A stretch of 28,820 nt of DNA from a virus (IMGVR_UViG_3300027906_002908:1-28820); one strand, 5' to 3'. Numbered from the stretch's first letter, positions 10,390 to 20,083 are shown. The notes: generated from the letters alone by a model not told the origin. A program made the numbers and translations.

Positions 10390-12073
10390 TGAAGTCGTAG
10401 GACTCAGAACAGAACTTGCCGACTTAAAAAGAATTAACACTAGCGTATTACAAAAGTACTTAGTTAGAAAAAGCAGTCCCAAAGAAACACACTATCTTTT
10501 TTATGACAGAAAAAGACAAAAGGTAGACCACGAAAATTGCATGTCTTGGCCTCCCGCCAATGGTTCTGGTTCACCAGAAGCTCAAGGTGTTTTTAATTAT
10601 ACTACCGATGTCCTTGGACACTATCAAAATGTTGACTGGCCATATGAGTTAGTTGATATAGAAGAATTTGACCCAAATGGAGTTCACAAAAATACAAATA
10701 ATCTTTACTTCCTAGAACCCCAGTTTATATTTACTTCATCATTTAAAACTTGTCTCAACGCTGTTCCCCAAGAGGTACAGGAGTGGATACGAGCGAGACA
10801 GATGGCGTTGGTATTTTGGTTTCCGCATGAAGGTATGAATTATTATCAAGGGTTTCACTCTGAGGGGTGGTTACATCACTTCCATCAGCAGATGAGAGGA
10901 CACCAACTTGAAACTGCAATATGTTATTTGGTTTTTGGTGACATGCAAGCAGAAGCTAATTACAATCGTTGGTTAAGAACCCGACATGGCATGGACAAAA
11001 CAACCTTTCAGTTTACAAAGGTAATATCTTATGATTATTTTCATCGTGACTATTGGGGACAGTACGCGGAACGAACTGGCGTGTATGTACACAGGTTACA
11101 GAACCCAAAATACATGCACCAGAATAACTATGGACATTCACAATTAAGTGGTGGGTTTACTGACCATGTTATAATACCATATGAGGATTTCGATGCTAGT
11201 CTACTGGAAAGAGCACCCAATCAAGTAATACAGGACTCATTTGAAAGGTGTAAACCAGACGAGGTTCTTGTGGGTGTTCCTACAGGCGCAGATAAAAGTA
11301 AAGACTTAATATGTCTGAACGCGAGACCAAGGTCTCACAGGCCTGGATTGGTTGCAGAACTACACAGGTTAGGATACACCAACGATAACTCCTATATTAG
11401 TTTCCTTAGTAGAGGTGATGGCATCTCAAATGATGGTACAGACAGATACAATATGGAATGGAAAGACCAAATGTATAATAATCGTGATATATCTGCTTTT
11501 ACTGCTAGACATGATAATAGTTACATTTCTTTCTTTTCTTATGATGTGCAGAGAGAGTGGGTATATAAATTTTGGAAAGATAGAGAAAGAATTCTTGCCG
11601 ACCATGACCCCGAAAAAATTGATAAAGATGATAGATTAATGTCTGCTCCCATGTACAAGGATTCTTTTTTTAGTCTAGTGTCCGAAACACTATTCCAAGA
11701 TGACCCAGACGCTTTATTCTTATCAGAGAAAATATATAAACCTATTGCTTATAGACATCCCTTTCTGGTTGTTGGAAGTATGGGAACATTAAGGCATCTT
11801 AGATATCTTGGATATGAGACCTTCCCAGAAATGTTTGATGAAAGTTATGACCAAGAATATGATATTAGAAAAAGATTTGACCTTATAGTCAAAAATCTTG
11901 AAAGATGGAAACAATTGTCTCATGATGAAAAGGTAGCAAAATATAATAGTGTTAGGGAAAAACTAAAGCACAATTTTGAAGTATTTAAAAATGCAAGAGG
12001 AACTTTTGAAAGGGAGACTGTTGGAGTACTAAGTCAGTTATCTTCTCAATCAGTTGATATTCACAATGTATAA
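10331..12073 (+). CDS. Phage protein, possible glycosyltransferase-like fold; N-terminal coiled coil
   Basis: C-terminal LVSET...SEKIYKPI..HPF..G...L..L...GYETF...DESYD motif shared with 12839..13882; GT assignment is inference; exact start uncertain (10328-10340). Confidence 0.55.
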   Translation: MVELEKNLGTLNSTLDKLVDEVVGLRTELADLKRINTSVLQKYLVRKSSPKETHYLFYDRKRQKVDHENCMSWPPANGSGSPEAQGVFNYTTDVLGHYQNVDWPYELVDIEEFDPNGVHKNTNNLYFLEPQFIFTSSFKTCLNAVPQEVQEWIRARQMALVFWFPHEGMNYYQGFHSEGWLHHFHQQMRGHQLETAICYLVFGDMQAEANYNRWLRTRHGMDKTTFQFTKVISYDYFHRDYWGQYAERTGVYVHRLQNPKYMHQNNYGHSQLSGGFTDHVIIPYEDFDASLLERAPNQVIQDSFERCKPDEVLVGVPTGADKSKDLICLNARPRSHRPGLVAELHRLGYTNDNSYISFLSRGDGISNDGTDRYNMEWKDQMYNNRDISAFTARHDNSYISFFSYDVQREWVYKFWKDRERILADHDPEKIDKDDRLMSAPMYKDSFFSLVSETLFQDDPDALFLSEKIYKPIAYRHPFLVVGSMGTLRHLRYLGYETFPEMFDESYDQEYDIRKRFDLIVKNLERWKQLSHDEKVAKYNSVREKLKHNFEVFKNARGTFERETVGVLSQLSSQSVDIHNV

Positions 12074-12839
12074 AAGAATATTTGCGTTTGGTTGTAGTAT
12101 GACAAGATATCGTTGGCCTACTTGGGCAGACATATATGCTTCTGATAAAGCAACTGAATTTTATAATTACGGACACTCTGGTTCTGGTAATCAGTTTATT
12201 GCTAATCAAATAGTTGAAACATCTCAACGATTCAACTGGGATGATGAAGATTTAATTTTAGTAATGTGGTCTAGTATTACGCGAGAAGACCGATATGTAA
12301 CAAGAATACTAAGTGGTTCCAAACAAGAATGGAATCGCAATATGCCAGTCAATGAACATGGAAAATTAAAGGGGGGATGGCTTTTGCCAGGCAATATCTA
12401 TTCTCAAGACTTATATGATGAACAGTTTATGGATATGTTTGTTTCTGAGAAAGGATATCTTATAAGAGACCTTGCTACAATTAAATTAACTGAGTCATTT
12501 CTATCAAATTTCAAATACAAAATGTTTCAGATGGCACCTTTTGAATGTGAAGATAAAGACCACGAGGAAGAAGTTTATGAAATTTATGATAAACCAAACT
12601 ATCCATGTCTTTTAGATTCTGTCGGTGGTGAGTGGCCACACATTAAATGTACCTTTGATAATTCTTATGATTCTGACCGACATCCCGACCCCAACATGCA
12701 TTTTGAGTTTTTGGAATATACTGGGATGGAACCTACAGACAATATGAGGGAGTTTACAAACAAGTGGCAGAACAAAGTGTCTAATAGTCTTAGTCATCAA
12801 GAAGTTGGTTGGGATGCTGGTGAGGTAATTAGAATATAA
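12066..12839 (+). CDS. SGNH/GDSL-like protein (#1)
   Basis: FAFGCSMT (block I-like Ser), NYGHSGSGN, C-terminal DRHP; ATG 12066 coupled to the upstream stop. Confidence 0.6.
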   Translation: MYKRIFAFGCSMTRYRWPTWADIYASDKATEFYNYGHSGSGNQFIANQIVETSQRFNWDDEDLILVMWSSITREDRYVTRILSGSKQEWNRNMPVNEHGKLKGGWLLPGNIYSQDLYDEQFMDMFVSEKGYLIRDLATIKLTESFLSNFKYKMFQMAPFECEDKDHEEEVYEIYDKPNYPCLLDSVGGEWPHIKCTFDNSYDSDRHPDPNMHFEFLEYTGMEPTDNMREFTNKWQNKVSNSLSHQEVGWDAGEVIRI

Positions 12840-13882
12840 TGTATTGGAGTGAAGGCGCAGATAAAAAAAGTGGCAGTCAACATATAACAGAATTTGAAAA
12901 AGAGTTTGTTAGAGAGTTGAAAGAACAAACACCAGACGATTGTATTTTAGTTAATTCTACATGGTGGTCAAATCCAGAAAAAGTAGAGAGAATGAAACAA
13001 TGGTTCGACAAGAGTCAATTTAAAGCTGGTGAAACACCAAGGATTTTGGTGTACTCTGGTATGGATTGGGAAAGTACTAATTGTGTAGACTCATGTAGGG
13101 AAGCACATGCATTTCTGGAGGATAGGTTTGAGGTTATTCATATAGGAAATAGCAGACTCGGGCATTACTTTAATTTTTGGTTATCGTTTATCCACAAACA
13201 CCTTGACACTTTCTTTGATTCGTGTTATACTGAATTACCAAACATACAAAAACACTATATGACTTTGAATCACCAACCACATGAACATAGGAGATATTTT
13301 TTAAACGATTTGCATACTATGATGTCTTTTAAGGACACTATAGTTTCTGCTGTAATACCACATGAAGGGTATATATTTGAAAATCCTATTATATTAAACG
13401 AAAATAGACCACCGCATATAATGGAAAAATCAAATGAGTGGGAAAGGTTAAGTGATACACATTTAGCAAATGATATTATATCTTTGGGTGAACCACAGTA
13501 TTGGAATAAACATTTTTGTACGGTTGTGACAGAAAGTGTGATGCATAGTGATGTGTTTATAAGTGAGAAAACTTTTAAACCATTGATAGGACTTAGACCA
13601 TTTATTATTATGGGTGATAGATATCTATATGAAAAATTAAAAGAATGGAAATTTGATACTTTTGAAGACTTGTTTCCAAATATTCATCGTGACGAAGAGA
13701 ATAAATACAGAAGAATAGATAATGCTCTAAAAGATATGCATCAGTTCCAACTCAATCACGGATTGGACGAATTAAACAATATATACGGAGCATTAGAAGA
13801 TAGACTCATGTACAATAGGAAAAGAGTCTTAGAGGTAATTAATGAAAACTACAATGATATTATGGAGATTAATAAGTTATGA
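12839..13882 (+). CDS. Phage protein, possible glycosyltransferase-like (paralog of 10331..12073)
   Basis: VVTES...SEKTFKPL..RPF..G...L....FDTF motif; TAATG overlap. Confidence 0.55.
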   Translation: MYWSEGADKKSGSQHITEFEKEFVRELKEQTPDDCILVNSTWWSNPEKVERMKQWFDKSQFKAGETPRILVYSGMDWESTNCVDSCREAHAFLEDRFEVIHIGNSRLGHYFNFWLSFIHKHLDTFFDSCYTELPNIQKHYMTLNHQPHEHRRYFLNDLHTMMSFKDTIVSAVIPHEGYIFENPIILNENRPPHIMEKSNEWERLSDTHLANDIISLGEPQYWNKHFCTVVTESVMHSDVFISEKTFKPLIGLRPFIIMGDRYLYEKLKEWKFDTFEDLFPNIHRDEENKYRRIDNALKDMHQFQLNHGLDELNNIYGALEDRLMYNRKRVLEVINENYNDIMEINKL

Positions 13883-15114
13883 CCAATGTTGCATTTATTG
13901 GATTTGGTAAACTAGGAAAACCATGTGCTGAGGTTATTGCACAAAAAGGACACGATGTAAGTGTTTATGATACACGCGAAATAGAAAGCGAGTATTGTAA
14001 TGTCAAAGATACAATAGAAGAAGTCGTAAAAGATAGGGTATTTGTATTTGTTGCAGTACCTACACCACATGACCCACTCTATGATGGTTCAGAACCTACA
14101 AACCACTTGCCACCAAAAGATTTTAATTATGATACTGTTAAAGAGGTAATCTCAGAAGCAAATAAACACATGAATGAGAATCAGATATTGGTTCTTATTA
14201 GTACGGTATTGCCAGGCACCGTAAGAAAAGAAGTAGTGCCTCTTATAACCAATCCTAAATTTGTTTATAATCCGTACTTGATTGCCATGGGTACAGTCGC
14301 GTGGGATATGGTAAATCCAGAGATGGTAATGATAGGGACAGAGAATGGAGAAGAGTCTATAGAGGCACATAGTCTCATACACTTCTATAATGAGATAATG
14401 GAAAACAATCCCCGATATGAAGTTGGTACTTGGGATGAGTGCGAATGTATTAAGGTGTTTTATAATACCTTTATTAGTGCAAAGATTGGTCTTGTAAACA
14501 TGATACAAGATGTTGCAGAGAGACAGGGTAATATTAATGTAGATGTAGTGACAGATGCATTGAAAAAGAGTACTCAGAGAATCATGGGCCCCAGTTATAT
14601 GAAAGCTGGTATGGGTGATGGTGGCGCGTGTCATCCAAGAGATAATATCGCACTTAGATATATGGCACAAGATTTAAATTTAGGGTATGACTTGTTTGCT
14701 GAAATAATGAAGGCACGAGACATACAAGCAGAAAATATGGCAACGGCAATTTTAAAACACGGAAACAAAGTTGCATTTACATCTGATTCATATAAACCAG
14801 ATGTTCCATATACAAACGGTAGTTACAGTCTACTAGTCCAACACTATGTGAAAAGATATGGATTTATTGTACCTGTAGATGAAAACCCACATGTCATCGT
14901 AAAGGTACACGAGTCGGATTTGATACCTACCGATTATGAGGGAGTTGTGTTTGACCCTTGGAGAAGTCATGTGGGAATAAATGTTGTACACTACGGAGAT
15001 ACAAGAAATGAAAAAAAGAACGAAAAAAAAACTGCACAAATTCATGAAAGCTGGGAGACTAACCAAGGTGATCAGGAAGGCGTTGTCGGAGGTCTCGGAG
15101 AAGACCGACTCTAA
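13879..15114 (+). CDS. UDP-glucose/GDP-mannose dehydrogenase family protein
   Basis: Rossmann GFGKLG, FVAVPTP, ISTVLPGT, KVFYNTF, GDGGACHPRD (catalytic Cys), SYKPD. Confidence 0.9.
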   Translation: MTNVAFIGFGKLGKPCAEVIAQKGHDVSVYDTREIESEYCNVKDTIEEVVKDRVFVFVAVPTPHDPLYDGSEPTNHLPPKDFNYDTVKEVISEANKHMNENQILVLISTVLPGTVRKEVVPLITNPKFVYNPYLIAMGTVAWDMVNPEMVMIGTENGEESIEAHSLIHFYNEIMENNPRYEVGTWDECECIKVFYNTFISAKIGLVNMIQDVAERQGNINVDVVTDALKKSTQRIMGPSYMKAGMGDGGACHPRDNIALRYMAQDLNLGYDLFAEIMKARDIQAENMATAILKHGNKVAFTSDSYKPDVPYTNGSYSLLVQHYVKRYGFIVPVDENPHVIVKVHESDLIPTDYEGVVFDPWRSHVGINVVHYGDTRNEKKNEKKTAQIHESWETNQGDQEGVVGGLGEDRL

Positions 15115-15211
15115 ACTTGATGAGATAGAACAGAGAGAAAAAGAAAAACAAGAAGCTCTCGAAAAGAAAATGAAAAAGATGAGAGAAAGAGACCCTTTTA
15201 TTTATGACTAG
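15008..15211 (+). CDS. Small basic/coiled-coil hypothetical protein
   Basis: ATG 15008 with GGAG at about 14995; MKKRTKKK...MRERDPFIYD; end coupled to the next gene; overlaps the upstream CDS by 107 nt. Confidence 0.6.
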   Translation: MKKRTKKKLHKFMKAGRLTKVIRKALSEVSEKTDSKLDEIEQREKEKQEALEKKMKKMRERDPFIYD

Positions 15212-16019
15212 ACTTGTAGCATATGGATGTTCTCACACCGCTGGTTCAGAATTAGCTGACCACATAATGTTGGACACAGATATAAAAACTGCTGATGAAA
15301 TGAAAGTTATGTTTCTGAATCAAGGAGACACGATACCACAAGCATGGGAAAAAATGTGGAAAAAGTTTGGGTTTTCAGTTGACCCATATGATTTATTTGA
15401 CCAGATATGGAAGACTGTTAAATTAAAAGAAATACCATTTTTAGAATATGGTGAGGATTTAAATAGGTCTTTGACTTGGGTTAGATATCTTGCTGAACTA
15501 CGCGGTCATACTGCTTACATGAATATGGGTCAAGGTGGTGGTTCATTAGAACAATGTTTGTATTTATTGGAAAGAAATATAGCGGAGGGTGAAGTTGACC
15601 CAGTACTAGACGAAGTGATTGTACAGGTGCCTCATCCTTACAGATGGATTGAGTTTACTAGAGAAGGAAAAGTTGGTACATTTTATCCTTATGAAGTAGC
15701 AAATTATTTTAATATATCTTGGCATTATTTTCAGTTGTTGAAACACTTGAAATTCTTGGGGGTCAAATATTTTTTCATAGAAGCACCAGCGTGGAGACTA
15801 CAATCAGATATGAAGGCAGACCATCCAACACCACTAGATGATTCAAACAGAAATATCCTCGCGGCCGTTGAACGATGGTGGCAATGGATTGAAACAAATG
15901 CTATACCAACAAACGATGAATGGACATCTCACCCTAGACTTGGTGGCAATCATTATTTTACAGAAACACAAAAACAAATTGCGACACATTTATCAGTAGT
16001 TTCGGGTAGGTTTGACTAA
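15204..16019 (+). CDS. SGNH/GDSL-like protein (#2)
   Basis: VAYGCSHTAG.EL, NMGQGGGS, C-terminal GNHY. Confidence 0.55.
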   Translation: MTRLVAYGCSHTAGSELADHIMLDTDIKTADEMKVMFLNQGDTIPQAWEKMWKKFGFSVDPYDLFDQIWKTVKLKEIPFLEYGEDLNRSLTWVRYLAELRGHTAYMNMGQGGGSLEQCLYLLERNIAEGEVDPVLDEVIVQVPHPYRWIEFTREGKVGTFYPYEVANYFNISWHYFQLLKHLKFLGVKYFFIEAPAWRLQSDMKADHPTPLDDSNRNILAAVERWWQWIETNAIPTNDEWTSHPRLGGNHYFTETQKQIATHLSVVSGRFD

Positions 16020-17452
16020 TGATAAGTTGGGGAATTAGTGCTTGTACACATGATGCTTCTTTAGCGGTTGTTAGAACGGAACCGTTTGGTGAAGATGATG
16101 AAATATTGTTTGCCTCTCATAGTGAGAGATTTAGCGGTATAAAGAATGATGCATTTCTCAATCCAGAAATTATACTGGAAGCAAAAAAGTATGGTGAACC
16201 AGATTATGTTTATTGGTATGAAAATCCTTGGTTGAAATGGACAAGAAAAAAATACGCGAAACAACAAAGACCGTGGGTAAGTCCTAAAAAATATTTAAAA
16301 CACTTTGGAATCAAATCACCTTATTATACTACTCACCACAAAGCACACGCAGCTGCTGGGTATTACACTTCACCATTTAAGAGTTCTGCTATATTAGTTG
16401 TTGATGCTATTGGGGAGTGGACTACTACATCTATATGGAAGGATATGAAGTGTATTTGGACTTCTAAGTATCCAGACTCATTGGGGTTGTTCTATTCCGC
16501 GATGACAGATAGAATTGGATTGAAGGCAAATGAAGATGAGTACATCCTTATGGGCATGTCTGCTTATGGTGACCCCGATAGATTTTATGATGACATTAAA
16601 CCATTACTAAAACAGAACCTACATAGAGGATGTAAGTGGTGGAACCCAGATTTAAAAGAAGAAGATTATTTCGATGTCGCAGCTGCTACACAGAAAGTTT
16701 ATGAAGAACAATTTGGGAAACTATTATTTACAACTGCAAGATTAACAGATGAAACCAATTTGGTTTTTATGGGTGGGTGTGCTTTAAATTGTTTGGCGAA
16801 TAGAATTATACCACAGTATTTTGCTAATCATTGGATTATGCCAAACCCAGGCGATGCTGGTTCTTCTATTGGTGCGATTGCAGCTAGGGAACACAAAAGA
16901 TTAAAATGGAGAACGCCTTATCTTGGATATAATATAGAAGGCGCATATCCTACCAATGACCTACTGGCAAATCTTGTCGCATTGAAAATAGTTGGTGTCG
17001 CAAATGGTAGGGCGGAGTTTGGGCCAAGGGCTTTGGGTAATAGAAGTTTACTCGCAGACCCAAAGGGTTCTCAAATGAAAGATGTGGTTAACAAGATTAA
17101 AAAGAGACAGGAGTTTAGACCCTTTGCACCAGTTATATTAGAATCAGAAGTACATAAGTATTTTGATGTACCAGAAGGATTTCAATCACCATATATGCAA
17201 CATGTAGTTAGATGTAAAGAACCAGAACTATTTCCTGCCATAGTACATAAAGATGGAACTAGTAGAGTCCAGACTGTCAATGACGAACAACACAGCGGGT
17301 TATCTCAGTTGTTAAGGAGATGGAAAACACATAGTGGTCATCCTATCCTTTTAAATACCAGTTTAAACATTAAGGGTGAACCAATCGTTAATGATGAAAG
17401 AGATGCAGTTAGATTTGAGAAGAAGTATGGAGTTAAAGTGTGCGTGAGATAA
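16019..17452 (+). CDS. Carbamoyltransferase, NodU/CmcH family
   Basis: HDASLA, ERFS..KND, HHKAHA, VDAIGE, SLGLFY, MGMSAYG, GGCALN, GDAG, EFGPRALGNRS, KKRQEFRPFAP, HKDGTSRVQTV, LNTSLN. Confidence 0.95.
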   Translation: MISWGISACTHDASLAVVRTEPFGEDDEILFASHSERFSGIKNDAFLNPEIILEAKKYGEPDYVYWYENPWLKWTRKKYAKQQRPWVSPKKYLKHFGIKSPYYTTHHKAHAAAGYYTSPFKSSAILVVDAIGEWTTTSIWKDMKCIWTSKYPDSLGLFYSAMTDRIGLKANEDEYILMGMSAYGDPDRFYDDIKPLLKQNLHRGCKWWNPDLKEEDYFDVAAATQKVYEEQFGKLLFTTARLTDETNLVFMGGCALNCLANRIIPQYFANHWIMPNPGDAGSSIGAIAAREHKRLKWRTPYLGYNIEGAYPTNDLLANLVALKIVGVANGRAEFGPRALGNRSLLADPKGSQMKDVVNKIKKRQEFRPFAPVILESEVHKYFDVPEGFQSPYMQHVVRCKEPELFPAIVHKDGTSRVQTVNDEQHSGLSQLLRRWKTHSGHPILLNTSLNIKGEPIVNDERDAVRFEKKYGVKVCVR

Positions 17453-18312
17453 AGTATCACAATGGTGAAACTATAAAGGTAGACGGACTTCACTTCTATG
17501 GGTGTTCCTATGTTGCTGGACAAGAACTCATGGATAAAGAAATGCCTGACCCAATGGGAATTCCAGTAAAGGACATGAAGAAACAGAAGGGGGAAACTGT
17601 AGAGTCATATTACAAAAGAAAACTGTCACGAGAACTCCTTTTTAAGAAAAAGATGAAACTGGAAAATCAGTTGTCATGGCCACAACACATGTGTAATGTT
17701 TTGAAAGTCCGAACTTACAATCATGGAAGTCATGGAGCATCGATGACCTATATTAAAGCTAAACTACTGTCACATATAATGGGAGAAGAATATGAGATAG
17801 ATAGAAACAAAGAGGCAATTGTAGTTGGTCTTACTGGGTTTGCCAGAGAAATGATATTTGCCGAACAGGAAAACTTTTATTTTGAACTGGGTAGATATGG
17901 TTCCGCGAGGAGTCTTGTAGTTGCTACTGACTTTGAAAGAAGGGGTGACCCAGACTTTGCTAAAAAATATCTGGGACTAAAGGGGGTATACACTCTCTTT
18001 TGGCATTTTCTCCATGAAATCTACAGTATTATCAATATTTGCAAAGTTTATGACATAAAATTATATATTATACCAATGTTAGACCATTTTAATCCAAAAT
18101 GGTATAGAAAACAATATGAAATGGACTTTGATAGACCAATGTTTGCATCTCAAATCAAATTTCTAGAATCTGAAATAGATAAGTATATCATAGAAGGAAC
18201 AAAGTTAGACCCATTGGGTTCTAACATAATAGAAAGATTACCAAGGGGCCATCCTTGTGCCGAGAGTCATAAGAAGTACGGTACAAAGATTGGTGAAAAG
18301 TTATTAACATGA
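17440..18312 (+). CDS. SGNH/GDSL-like protein (#3)
   Basis: FYGCSYVAG.EL, SWP, NHGSHGAS, C-terminal GHP...H; GTG start with GGAG upstream. Confidence 0.6.
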   Translation: MREIKYHNGETIKVDGLHFYGCSYVAGQELMDKEMPDPMGIPVKDMKKQKGETVESYYKRKLSRELLFKKKMKLENQLSWPQHMCNVLKVRTYNHGSHGASMTYIKAKLLSHIMGEEYEIDRNKEAIVVGLTGFAREMIFAEQENFYFELGRYGSARSLVVATDFERRGDPDFAKKYLGLKGVYTLFWHFLHEIYSIINICKVYDIKLYIIPMLDHFNPKWYRKQYEMDFDRPMFASQIKFLESEIDKYIIEGTKLDPLGSNIIERLPRGHPCAESHKKYGTKIGEKLLT

Positions 18313-18605
18313 GTAATATACTGAAGTTCCCGAAAAAACATAGGTGGGAACCAACAGGATACAGAATCAATTTATATACAGAAGAGGATATCTATATTGT
18401 CCTTTTATGTCTTAATCTAACCGATGATTTGGATGATCCGAAAAAATGGGTACGCCAAGATCTTCGCACATTAGAACCAGAATTCGTCATTGAAAAAATG
18501 ACCGATTGTCTGGACAATCAAATAATATCAGAACCATGTAAAAAACAAATTTGCAGAATAATTCGTTCTGCTGAGGTTCTGCCATTATCAGCGCTTTATA
18601 ACTAG
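18309..18605 (+). CDS. Hypothetical protein
   Basis: 98-codon ORF with ATGA overlap; N-terminal 'SNILKFP' motif common in phage proteins. Confidence 0.6.
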   Translation: MSNILKFPKKHRWEPTGYRINLYTEEDIYIVLLCLNLTDDLDDPKKWVRQDLRTLEPEFVIEKMTDCLDNQIISEPCKKQICRIIRSAEVLPLSALYN

Positions 18606-18613
18606 GAGAAAAA

Positions 18614-19219
18614 ATGAAATATTTAATAATGATATTAATAATGATGGCATCATTTGGTGCTCACGCGGAAATAAGTTCTTCTGCCAACGGACAGTTGAGT
18701 AGTGAATATATTTTTAGGGGACAAACCCAAACTTTAGGAGACCCTGCTGTCTCTGGTGGGTTTGATGTTGGATATAAGGGAGCCTTTGTAGGAATGTGGG
18801 CATCTGAAGTAGATTTCGGAGATGGACTTGCAAACTTAGAGGTTGACCTTTATGCTGGATACGGATATGAGTGGAAAGACTTTTCCGCTTCTTACACATA
18901 TGTAGACTATAACTATAACGGAGACTCATCTTTAGATGGAGTTGAACATCAAATAGCATTAGGATGGAAAGATGTAGGTCTTTTACATGTAGTTGGTGCA
19001 GAGGGTTTTGTTGATTATAGTGAAGTCTCTTATACTTTACCTATAGTTGAATTTGATGTTTCATGGGGAACATGGGATACAATAGGTGACAATTGGACAG
19101 TCGGGAAAAGTTTTGACTTGGGCCCAGTTGACGGAACAATTCAGTACATAGAATTTCATGGTGATGCTGGTATTTCAAACGAAAGGAATATAGTATTAAC
19201 ATTAAGCAAAGAAATATAA
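18614..19219 (+). CDS. TorF-family (Gcw_chp-like) putative outer-membrane porin
   Basis: Signal peptide ending AHA; S.YIFRG.TQT...PAVSGGFD, G.WAS.VDF, EVDLYAGY; alternating beta strands; AGGAG SD. Confidence 0.8.
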   Translation: MKYLIMILIMMASFGAHAEISSSANGQLSSEYIFRGQTQTLGDPAVSGGFDVGYKGAFVGMWASEVDFGDGLANLEVDLYAGYGYEWKDFSASYTYVDYNYNGDSSLDGVEHQIALGWKDVGLLHVVGAEGFVDYSEVSYTLPIVEFDVSWGTWDTIGDNWTVGKSFDLGPVDGTIQYIEFHGDAGISNERNIVLTLSKEI

Positions 19220-19315
19220 CAAACAAAATACATTTTACAACAGGAGAAGATATGTAATAGACCTCTTTATGATGGATATCAATTTTTTTAACTAACCCAT
19301 CTGGAGAAATACCAC

Positions 19316-20083
19316 ATGCCAAGACGCAATACTAAAACCAACCTACAAGTAATTGAGAATTTAAATTCCGATATACAACAGGTGAAGAAGAAATCAACTT
19401 TGAAAATGCGTATTGAAGATTTAATTACAATCGATGCACTTACAGAAACCCAATCACATTTTTTTGCAGAGTACAAGAAAGATTGTAAAGCAATGTTATT
19501 GCATGGTTGTGCTGGAACAGGTAAAACATATATTGCCTTGTACCGAGCATTAGAAGAGGTTTTACAAAGAGGAAACCCATACAAAAAAGTAGTCGTTATT
19601 AGGTCAGCAGTCCCATCAAGAGAAATAGGACATTTGCCAGGCGATGAAACAGAGAAGACTGCGGTGTACATGCAACCATATATTGATATGTGTTCCGACT
19701 TATTCCCAACAAAACAACAGGCATTCCAGAGACTAATCGAACAAAAATATGTAGAATGGATGATTACATCATTCGTAAGAGGAATTACACTAGATAATTC
19801 CGTTATTATTGTTGATGAGTGTCAAAATATGAATGATATGGAGATTAACTCTATCATAACTCGCGTAGGACACAATTCCAAGATTATATTCTGTGGAGAC
19901 TTCCGCCAAACTGACCTATACAAGAAAGGTGATTTGAGTGGATTGCAGAAATTCATGGTAATTGCTGAAAATATGCCTTCATTTAGAATGTTTGAGTTCA
20001 ACGAGGATGATATTGTTCGTTCTGACTTAGTAAAAGAGTATTTAATATCAAGAATCCGCTATGAAGAGCAATATGGGACTTGA
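19316..20083 (+). CDS. phoH: PhoH-family ATPase
   Basis: Walker A GCAGTGKT, RSAV...IGHLPG..EK, RGITL, IIVDECQN, TRVG, GDFRQTD, DIVRS. Confidence 0.95.
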   Translation: MPRRNTKTNLQVIENLNSDIQQVKKKSTLKMRIEDLITIDALTETQSHFFAEYKKDCKAMLLHGCAGTGKTYIALYRALEEVLQRGNPYKKVVVIRSAVPSREIGHLPGDETEKTAVYMQPYIDMCSDLFPTKQQAFQRLIEQKYVEWMITSFVRGITLDNSVIIVDECQNMNDMEINSIITRVGHNSKIIFCGDFRQTDLYKKGDLSGLQKFMVIAENMPSFRMFEFNEDDIVRSDLVKEYLISRIRYEEQYGT

